64,000 bases of DNA from positions 13,020,001-13,084,000 of the forward strand of contig OX597823.1 in the NCBI GenBank assembly GCA_951406725.2. Reading direction: 5' to 3'. The stretch comes from Octopus vulgaris (lineage: Eukaryota). This document shows positions 54,321 through 64,000 of this stretch, piece after piece. The translations under genes and the position numbers were made by a program. The notes beneath the pieces were generated by a model. It was given only the letters and a program-made list of their open reading frames with translations. It did no database searches and was not told the DNA's origin. Each line of letters starts with the position of its first letter. Position 1 is the stretch's first letter.

Positions 54321-55937
54321 CAGTTGCGGCCAAAATGTTCAGAATAGCATTGTTTTCGCCAGAAAAGTAGATATAAGTTTTTATCAAAGTTGTTTTATGT
54401 TCTATAATTTTCACAGACAATAAATACGATATTAATTGTTATTGTCTGGGATGTTGGTGTAATTTGAGAGGATAATACAAAAGTGATGGATGATTTAGTG
54501 ATTTACAGCAAAACCCATGGCGGCCAAATGATCAGAACGGTTGAAAAAATAATAAAAAATGACAGAGAATAGAGGAATTATTTAATATTTAGTGTGAAGC
54601 CCTTTAGCTTCAATCACACTTTGACATCTTCGACTGCATGAGGAAATTAAATTTTCAATTTCTTGCTAGGTGATCTTATTCCATTCTTCCTGAAGGGCAT
54701 TCCATAATTGCTCGGTTGTTTTAGGATTTCTGGCTTTCGAACGTTCTCCTAGAATATTCCACACATTTTCAATAGGATTGAGATCTGGGCTTTGAGCAGG
54801 CCAATCCATAATAATAACCTTTTCAGCCTTGAGGAAGTTCATGACCACCTTAGCCTTGTGACATGGGGCATTGTCCTGCATGAATATGGGTGGTCGCTTA
54901 GTTGAATTTCTCAGCACAGGCAAGACATGATCTTTTACAAGTTGTTTATAAACTCCTGCATTTACCTTTCCGTGTAATCGCACCAAAGAGCCCACACCAT
55001 CTCCAGATATCATCCCCCAAACCATGACACTTCCTCCACCGAATTTAACACTAGTCTTAAGGCATTTAGGCGACAATTTTTCACCTACTTTTCAACGAAC
55101 GTACCTTTTCCCATCTGAGCCAAATAACATAAACTTAGATTCATCACTGAAATGCACCGTTTGCCATTTTTCTTGAGACCACAACACATGTTCGGTTGCA
55201 AAGGTAAGACGACACTTTTTTTTTGGAGCTGATCAGTGGCTTCACTGCAGGTGATCTTGCTTGTAGGTTATGTTCAACTAAACGATGAGACACAGTTTTT
55301 CGAGATAACGTTTTCTTCAGTACAATGCTCATTTCCCGAGAAACAGCAGCAGCAGTTTTAAATCTGTCCTTTTTAACCAACTTTACCATAGCACGATCTT
55401 CTCTCTTGGTCGTTTTTCTTGGCCTACCTGTAGACTTTCTTGCTTCACACGAACCACAATCATCGAAGACCTTAAGAATACCGTGAACAACACTTTTTGA
55501 CTTGTTAACAATCTTTGCAATAGACCCAATACTTAAATTATCCTTCTTTCGAAGCTTAATAATCTGCTGACGAATTGGTAACGGAGTAAGTGGCATTATA
55601 TTAACAAAGTACACTGCAGATATTCTTACTAATGTTTAGTAAACGAACCATCACGTAAACAAATTCAAAACATTAGAGTTCGCCGGTTAAATATACTAAA
55701 ACACGGAGTAAAAGCAACCGTTCTGATCATTTTGGCCGCCATGGGTTTTGCAGTAAATCACTAAATCATCCATAACTTTTGTATTATCCTCTCAAATTAC
55801 ACCAAATCTCAGACAATAACAATTAATATCGTATTTATTGTCTGTGAAAATTATAGAATATAAAACAACTTTGATAAAAACTTATACCTACTTTTCTGGC
55901 GAAAACAATGCCATTCTGAACATTTTGGCCGCAACTG
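54321..55937 (-). mobile_element. Near full-length Tc1-family (DD34E) DNA transposon with ~220-bp IR/DR-type TIRs
   Basis: TA|CAGTTGCGGCCAAAATGTTCAGAAT ... ATTCTGAACATTTTGGCCGCAACTG|TA; TIRs 54321-54542 and 55716-55937; GCGGCCAAA(A)TG(T/A)TCAGAA repeated at both ends of each TIR. Confidence 0.95.
54582..55596 (-). pseudogene. Tc1-like transposase, disrupted
   Basis: MPLTPLPIRQQII..GRPRKTT (HTH + GRPR), VHFSDESKF, KFGGGSVMVWG, FMQDNAPCH, WPAQSPDLNPIENVW (D-34-E). Frameshift in the A run near 55215; premature TGA (~55093) and TAG (54666-54668). Confidence 0.92.
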
Positions 55938-56359
55938 TATGTTCAATACATATTTTCTGCTATTCTACCTTTACTGCCAACCAAACTTTTCAATACAAAA
56001 TATTTTAATATAATAAATATAGTACAGAATATATTTATAATTTTTTACCGACACAGTATATAATAAGGTACAAAAAACTTAACTAAGAGAGTATGCGAAG
56101 AAGATATCGATGAAAATAATGTATATAAATAGTAAGTTCTACGTGCATTTCAGAAGTTCTGAATTTTCTTTTAGGAGAGGCAGTTAAAAATGTCTTAGAT
56201 TTTTATATTATTAGCATATCGTTATTAAACATCTTATAAGCTGACTCGTCAACTATTGTTATTCCTCATGAACGAAGGCGGTTGTAACTGAGACATAACT
56301 TTGAGCCGAACCTATTAAAGACTGCTTGTCACGGATGATCCTTTTGCAGAATTACAGTG

Positions 56360-57346
56360 AGAACATAAAGACAAATTCCAAGCTCGTTGTGCCATAAAGT
56401 TTTGTTTTTTAAACTGGTCAGAATTGCCACATTCACTTATGGAATGCTCTTTTTGGAAGCACTCCGTCGGTTACGACGATGAGGGTTCCGGTTGATCCGA
56501 TCAACGGAACAGCCTGCTCGTGAAATGTGTAAGTGGCTGAGCACTCCACAGACACATGTACCCTTAACGTAGTTCTCGGGGATATTCAGCGTGACACAGA
56601 GAGTGACAAGGCCGGCCCTTTGAAATACAGGCACAACAGAAACAGAAAGTAAGAGAGAGAGAGAGAGAGAGTTGTGGTGAAAGAGTACAGCAGGGATCAC
56701 CACCATCCCCTGCCGGAGCCTCGTGGAGCTTTAGGTGTTTTCGCTCAATGAACACTCATAACGCCCGGTCTGGGAATCGAAACCGCGATCCTACGACCGC
56801 GAGTCCGCTGCCCTAACCACTGGGCCATTGTATGGAATGCTCTAGACCGCATATGGATCCATTTTTATGTGCTGCGCATTTTCGTTTTCCTGACTGGCAT
56901 AAAATATCAGACAAAGCGCGTCAACCGAGTATCTCATGATGATCCCTCTAACCAGACGGTCAAAAAGGAGGACTTTGTGGAGGTTTAAAGGGAGTTCGGA
57001 AAGAGATTTTTCCACAAAAGGCTCGAGCGTCTACTCCAGGAAAATGCTGCATCTCACAATTTCATCCTGATATCGAATTACTCCACAGAGATTGGCATCC
57101 AAATTGTCACTCACTCTCCCTACAGTTCAGAACTTGCATCCACGCTGAAGAAGGCGGAGGCTGCGACATGGTTAATCGACAGGTTCATTTTGAAGGACAT
57201 CTTGTGAACTTCATGAAGTGGCTGGAGCGATACTACAAATGCATTGAAGCTTGAGGATACTAATTTGAAAGAATTTAGTGTTTTATATATTTTTTTGTAA
57301 TAAATACTTCTGGAAAAAACTCAAAATTACTCGACTGTACCTTGTA
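56360..57346 (+). mobile_element. Old, degraded mariner element interrupted by a SINE
   Basis: DKFQARCAIKFCF..ATFTYGML|.TAYG N-terminus split at 56450/56831; LLQENAASHN..IGIQIVTHSPYSSELAS and KWLERYYKCIE C-terminal motifs. Confidence 0.7.
56451..56830 (-). mobile_element. SINE family C with 13-bp TSD
   Basis: TSD TATGGAATGCTCT at 56438-56450 and 56831-56843; tRNA-like head CAATGGCCCAGTGGTTAGGG..GGTTTCGATTCCC on minus. Confidence 0.88.
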
Positions 57347-57435
57347 TTTACATGCCTTTAAGAAAGTGATGGATAGTATCTATCGACTTTGCTTGAAGGC
57401 CGTAGTAGCGTAGATAGAGAGATTGGTAGCAGACC

Positions 57436-57522
57436 GACAAACAGACAAACAGACATACCGAAAGACTGACTGACACAGACAGATAAACATATAGATTGAC
57501 AGACAGACAGACAGGCAATAAA

Positions 57523-57595
<73 letters not shown>

Positions 57596-57615
57596 GAGAT
57601 AGATAGATAGATAGA
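57436..57615. repeat. (GACA)n/(GATA)n microsatellite
   Basis: Direct inspection. Confidence 0.92.
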
Positions 57616-57910
57616 TTATTCTTGATTTGTTTTCTACCGCAAATTGCGACCAAGTTTGTCTGAAGACAGAATTGGATTGGTACCAATCAGTGGATCCGAG
57701 GGATAGTGAAATCCACACACTGCAGATTCTTTCAATGTACATTATGTCAGAAGGACTCCATTGCTTAACTGGGTTCGGAGACATAGTTGTGTGAAATGTG
57801 CTCCTCGCTCATGGCTTCTTTTTCTGCGGTATGCCACATATGTATAATCAATGAAAATCATAATCATAATTCATCTGAAGTAAAACAAAAAAAAAAATCA
57901 TAAATAAATA

Positions 57911-58317
57911 GGCGCAGGAGTGGCTGTGTGGTAAGTAGCTTGCTAACCAACCACATGGTTCCAGGTTCAGTCCCACTGCGTGGCATCTTGGGCAGGTGTC
58001 TTCTGCTATAGCCCCAGGCCGACCAATGCCTTGTGAGTGGATTTGGTAGACGGAAACTGAAAGAAGCCTGTCGTATATATGTATATATATATATATGTAT
58101 GTGTGTTTGTTTGTGTGTCTGTGTTTGTCCCCCTAGCATTGCTTGACAAACGATGCTGGTGTGTTTATGTCTCCGTTACGTAGCGGTTCGACAAAAGAGA
58201 CCGATAGAATAAGTATTGGGCTTACAAAAAGAACAAGTCCCGGGGTCGAGTTGCTTGATTAAAGGAGGTGCTCCAGCATGGCCGCAGTCAAATGACTGAA
58301 ACAAGTAAAAGAGTAAA
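57911..58317 (+). mobile_element. SINE family A, full length
   Basis: Complete head, body and tail as at 28029. Confidence 0.9.
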
Positions 58318-58688
58318 TGCACTGAAATTGATGGAAACTTGGAGTTATTGCATCGCGTCCATCGGATTTTGTATCACTAATGGCGGACACTATTTGGAAA
58401 ATATTATTCACTAATGTCGTTGAATAAAATCAATGAAAACATGCATTGCCGCTTATGCATCCGGAATTTATGGTCACTACACACAGACACCCCCATACAC
58501 ACGCACACATAGATACACATCTATATATATATACATATATATCACTGTGGAGCGCTTATCTCCCTGTCAGGACTTGTGTTTTCTGTGGCTATAAGGATCT
58601 TTCGCTCTTGGTTCTAGCTAAGTAGCGGCTACTCTGCACCTATTAGTGATAATTGAATTTTTCATGTTATGTTGCATTTAGTCACCTT

Positions 58689-58867
<179 letters not shown>

Positions 58868-59658
58868 ATCTTCCGTAATACAATGTAGGCACAAAATATT
58901 GTCACTCGAAATAACACACATGTACAAATCGATCTTTCCCTTTAACTAAACTCGCTTGCATTAGTATGTTTATGAATACTCTGAGTCGACTACAAATTTC
59001 GGTATTCGGTCACTGATAAGCTCCAAGCAAATTTTAAACCAAATGTGCTGATCTATGTTTCTCTGTCCAGGAAAATATATTATATAAAAGCCAAGTTATA
59101 TAAATTTCCCTTTAAATATAGTTTGTGTTAAAAATCTATCGATATATTTTCTGATACAGAGCCGTACAGATTTGAGGAAAAAATATTATGAATGTGCTAG
59201 TTATTCACAAGATATTTTGCCTGAAACCCTGCCAATTTTATTAACCTCTTGCCATTAGAAAACACGAATCTACTGATTCTGCTAGTCTAGCACCATTTTA
59301 ATTATACAGATGAATTAATTATCATTGTTCGAATGTTATTGATAATAAACAGTCTTGGGTATTTTTCCTAGCGTTAGCTGTTGCAGATATTAGCTTCAAA
59401 CTGACTTAAGCTCATTGAGCAACGAGATACAAAATCTGAATATTATCGGAGTATGCTACTCTCCATCCACTTAAACGTGACACCTCTCTGTTAACACACA
59501 CAAAAACAAATATGGCATAATTATTAAATCTTTAACGGAAAATAGAAAAATAACTATGAGGTTTATAATTTTTATTATCTTTATTATTAAAGCTACCATA
59601 ATCATCATCGTTGTCATCATCATCATTATCATCATCCACATTGTCATTATTATTATTG

Positions 59659-60024
59659 TTTTTACCTCCGTCTTAGCGAAGGTGAAGGTATTGTTTTCAG
59701 TTATGTTTGTTTGTTTCTTTGTACTTGGGAGAGATATCTCAAGAACCGCTGGATGGATTCGGATGAAACTTTCAAGGATCATTTGTCTCGTGTCTGGCAC
59801 AAACTCATTAGATTTTGAGATCGATATGGCCAAGGATTCTAGATTATTCTTTCGTTTTTTTTTACTTAATTTTTGGGAGCGGTCGGGTTCATTTTTAGTA
59901 TTCTCGTTTGTGAGAGCAATCGATTTTATTTCAGATATTCTCATTTTAAAATTCATCTCCGGCTAATCGTTGAGAAGACGTTGGTGTTGCCTTGGCGGAG
60001 GTTTGCGCTCTGACTGCTCTTGTT
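59659..60024 (+). mobile_element. Helentron-associated non-autonomous element (HINE/DINE-1-like)
   Basis: 5' subTIR TTTACCTCCGTC and 3' subTIR GGCGGAGGT followed by a short 3' end (GCGCTCTGACTGCTCTTGTT); (GTTT)n tract then the GAACCGCTGGATGGATTCGGATGAAACTT core; T-rich flanks. Confidence 0.7.
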
Positions 60025-60291
60025 ATTATTGCTACGGTTATTTAACTTTATTGTCGCTTTTCTCTCATGCGAGCTGTCTCAATTCATACACACAAATACC
60101 TCAAGTAACAGCTAGTTGGTCGTTTTACAATGGCTTGTTATTTTGGAGTAGCAATGTTATATTGTAGAGAAAGTGAGGACAGAATCTGAGAAATAAAACT
60201 CAGTTAAATTTCTGATATTTCCATCTTGATAAAGTTTTAAGAGGGAGGACCGAGCATTTTCAAGTCGTGTTCTCATTATTTTCATCATCAA

Positions 60292-60327
<36 letters not shown>

Positions 60328-60738
60328 TATCATCATCATCATCATCATCATTATTATTACTTTCTGTTCATCATCACTAAGTTTGTTAATATTATTACAG
60401 ATTGATGCTCATGTTTGAGAACAATAACAAACATTTCTTTGCATTGTGTGTTGGTAAGAGGAGCTTTGCATTGTATTTTACTAAAAGGCTTAAAGTAATT
60501 AGATTTGCGAATTAGCGTAGCATACACAATGAGGATAAACACACGCGTGCACACACACTCACACACACGCACACACACACATACACATACGTGGGTATAT
60601 GTGGGTGGGTGTACATTTGCATTCAAATGTAAACGTATGATATAGAATATATTCTAAGAATTTTATGTCTTCCAGTCTCTGAAATAAATTAGAGGTCATA
60701 TTTGAAATATACTGAGCGAAGTTATGAATATGTAACTG

Positions 60739-60824
<86 letters not shown>

Positions 60825-60956
60825 TGCATACGTAGATTTATAAATTATACGTACATACATACATACATAAATGTAAACACATATGTATAATGTGTATACA
60901 CACAGATATATTGACATACATGTAAGTAAATTGTGTTTGTGTGTATGTGTGTGAGA

Positions 60957-61012
<56 letters not shown>

Positions 61013-61527
61013 ATATGTGTATGTGCTTTCAGTATATGCAAATGAGACAGTATTTAGTTAAAACAGCCATCTATATTGCCTACGTAATTCCCACTGCTCG
61101 GCTGGTTACTGCAGTATTTGTCTTGAGATAATACACAGAAACAGAGACAGAGGTGGAAGAGGCAAAGAAGAGGGAAAGAAGAGAGGATGGTAGAGGGAGA
61201 GAGAGGGGGTTGGAGACAAAGAGAGAGAAATGAAATCATAGAGAGAAAGAGAGAGAGACGCAAGAACAGTGAGAGAGAGGGGAACATCTCACTCCAGCAG
61301 TGGCCTGCGCGAGATCGTTAGATATGTTTCGAGCTTTCGCGGTTTTTTGTGTTGTTGACACAGCAAGTCAGGGCATATAGTAGTGGACATACAATGTATT
61401 TGGTGGCCCACGGACATTATGTATATATTACCTATGCTGAATACATGGCTACCTTAATTAAATCGTTCCCCGGTTACTTATACCGGACATTCAATTAACC
61501 GGGAAGCTACACTCAACATCACTCTAT

Positions 61528-61732
61528 CTTTACTCTTTTACTTGTTTCAGTCATTTGACTGCGGCCATGCTGGAGCACCGCCTTTAGTCGAGCAAATCGA
61601 CCCCGGGACTTATTCTTTGTAAGCCCAGTGCTTATTCTATCAGGCTATTTTGCCCAACCGCTAAGTGACGGGGATGTAAACACACCAGCATCGGTTGTCA
61701 AGCAAGCTAGGGGGACAAACACAGACACGCAA

Positions 61733-61765
<33 letters not shown>

Positions 61766-61936
61766 CATATATACGACAGGCTTCTTTCAGTTTCCGTCTA
61801 CCAAATCCACTCACAGGGCTTTGGTCGGCCCAGGGCTATAGCAGAAGACACTTGCCCAAGATGCCACGCAGTGGGACTGAACCCGGAACCATGTGGTTGG
61901 TTAGCAAGCTACTCACCACACAGCCACTCCTGCGCC
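61528..61936 (-). mobile_element. SINE family A, full length
   Basis: Reverse complement of family A consensus. Confidence 0.9.
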
Positions 61937-62502
61937 TGTTTTAATCTAATTTTAGTATTTTAGAGACAAAGTTTATCAGTACATTTCTTTGAAAAAGCCC
62001 AAAAAATTCAAATGTCTCTCGTGCCCTCACAGGCTGCTGCTAGGACGATTTTCCCCCCTCTCTCACTCACTCTCTTTCTCTTTATATCTATAGCGATTTT
62101 ATCGTTGTAAGTCTATGACATGATATCTCGAGACAAATTCTGCAGTAATTGGGCGATCGACACGAAAATGAGCATACACGCATTAACACGCAGTTACCAT
62201 GCACATTTCCACACACACATTTACTAAACGTAGACACACACACAAAGGGATATACGCATGCACAAATAAAGACACATACAATAAGAATACAAAATGGCAG
62301 ACCATTAGAAAGAAGAGACAGAAAAAAGAAAGAAGAAAGCAAAGGACAATTGATGAGGTCACAGAAGTGTGACGAAAGAACTCTGACCGAAGTACAATTA
62401 ATATAAAATAAAGCTGAAGCAAATGAACATCAAATAAATAGTGCGTGTGTTTTCATTGGCTAAACTGGCAACATGATTATCTCCAAATATATATATACAT
62501 GC

Positions 62503-62725
62503 ATTTCTTTATTGCCCACAAGGGGCTAAACATAGAGGGGACAAACAAGGACAGACAAAGGGATTAAGTCGATTATATCGACTCCAGTGCGTAACTGGTA
62601 CTTAATTTATCGATCCCGAAAGAATGAAAAGCAAAGTCGACCACGGCGGAATTTGAACTCAGAACGCAGCGGCGGACGAAATACCACGAAGCATTTCGCC
62701 CGGCGTGCTAACGTTTCTGCCAGCT

Positions 62726-62726
<1 letters not shown>
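62503..62726 (-). mobile_element. SINE family B
   Basis: ATTTCTTTATTGCCCACAAGGGGC..GGAATTTGAACTCAGAACG..TCTGCCAGCTC. Confidence 0.87.
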
Positions 62727-62776
<50 letters not shown>

Positions 62777-63001
62777 GAGAGAGTGCTGAAAGTTCTTGGA
62801 TTTAAGGGTATCGCGAAAGGCTTGGTTGGGGACCCAATCCTCAGAGTTCTTTTACAGGGCTTAGAGAAACTGAAGGACCGCTGCAGTAAGTGTGGGTACC
62901 TGAGAAGAGAGTATGTTGAATAAAATCATAATTAACTGATCCTCTTTGTTTTCTTTTACCCAAGGCCACCGACTTTTTAGCATTCCATCGTATATATAGA
63001 T

Positions 63002-63290
63002 AGGCGCATGGCTTAGTGGTTAAGCTGTTGCACTCACGATTGTGAGATCGTGGGTTTGATTCCCACCCCGGGCTTTGTGTTCTTGAACAAAACACTTCAT
63101 TTCACGTTACTCTGCGATCATTTTGACATCTGACATATGGCACCCGTTGCACCTGTACAGGTAATGTCGATCAGATGGAGGGAGTGAGCTTATGTCTAAA
63201 CACACATTTGATCGCTATAAACAAATCATTTGTATGGTTTTGCGGTAAGAAATTGTCAAACAATCATACGTCGTCTAACTACAGGATAAT
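63002..63290 (+). mobile_element. SINE, family C-like head with a different tail
   Basis: GGCGCATGGCTTAGTGGTTAAG (A box) .. GGGTTTGATTCCC (B box) .. TGTGTTCTTGAACAAAACACTTCATTTCACGTT. Confidence 0.72.
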
Positions 63291-63446
63291 AGTCTATCAT
63301 ATATATAAAACTAATATAGACAGCAGTGTACAATGTTTCACCAAAAAGGAAAACTATAATTGTCACTAAATATGACCACGGTGTTAGAAACAGCTGCATT
63401 GTTATAAATAAGAGCTAAAATGTTCTAATGCTGAGGTCACAGCACA

Positions 63447-64000
63447 TGGCAGAATCGTTAGCACGCCGGGCGAAATGCGTAGCCGTATTTCGTCTGCCGT
63501 TACGTTCTGAGTTCAAATTCCGCCGAGGTTGACTTTGCCTTTCATCCTTTCGGGGTCGATAAATCAAGTACCAGTTACGCACTGGGGTCGATGTAATCGA
63601 CTTAATACCTATGTCTGTCCTTGTTTGTCCCCTCTATGTTTAGCCCCTTGTGGGTAATAAAGAAATACGTATTTCGTCTGCCGTTAAATTCTGAGTTCAA
63701 ATTCCGCCGAGGTTGACTTTGCCTTTCATCCTTTCGGGGTCGATGAATCAAGTACCAGTTACGCACTGGGGTCGATGTAATCGACTTAATACCTATGTCT
63801 GTCCTTGTTTGTCCCCTCTATGTTTAGCCCCTTGTGGGTAATAAAGAAATATGTATTTCGTCTGCCGTTAAATTCTGAGTTCAAATTCCGCCGAGGTTGA
63901 CTTTGCCTTTCATCCTTTCGGGGTCGATAAATCAAGTACCAGTTACGCAATGGGGTCGATGTAATCGACTTAATCCCTTTGTCTATCCTTGTTTGTCCCA
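63447..64000 (+). mobile_element. SINE family B tandem array (at least 3 units, 184-bp period), runs off the window
   Basis: GTATTTCGTCTGCCGTTA starts at 63485, 63669 and 63853; units nearly identical. Confidence 0.9.

Noticed and set aside
59471-59966. 161-aa and 136-aa overlapping ORFs
   Set aside because: They span a microsatellite and the non-coding HINE-like element; no protein motif
63447-64000. Regularly spaced repeats resembling a CRISPR array (also 33531-33610)
   Set aside because: No unique spacers, no cas genes, eukaryotic context; explained by a SINE tandem and a LINE junction

Overview
AT-rich, repeat-dominated eukaryotic (animal) intergenic or intronic DNA. The SINE families and microsatellite load suggest a cephalopod, probably Octopus; this is an inference. 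No intact host gene can be supported, and most ORFs in the track are microsatellite artefacts. Retroelements present: many copies of three tRNA-derived SINE families, 3' fragments of non-LTR retrotransposons (CR1-like, R4/Dong-like, CRE-like), and a 5'-truncated Penelope-like element (PLE, GIY-YIG endonuclease) with a ~565-bp near-perfect inverted duplication. DNA elements present: a near full-length DD34E Tc1 element with IR/DR ends, two mariner relics, a deleted piggyBac, two non-autonomous Helitrons, a Helentron/HINE-like element and foldback MITEs. There is one 100-N gap. The most interesting signal is a set of short (~200-230 bp) non-coding inserts sitting inside (TA)n microsatellites, each carrying a minimal type I hammerhead-ribozyme-like fold. 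Similar folds occur in the PLE's own 3' repeat and at two further sites, with C-G, U-G, U-A and A-U at the core 3-8 pair. This looks like a PLE-mobilised, microsatellite-targeting, retrozyme-like family.
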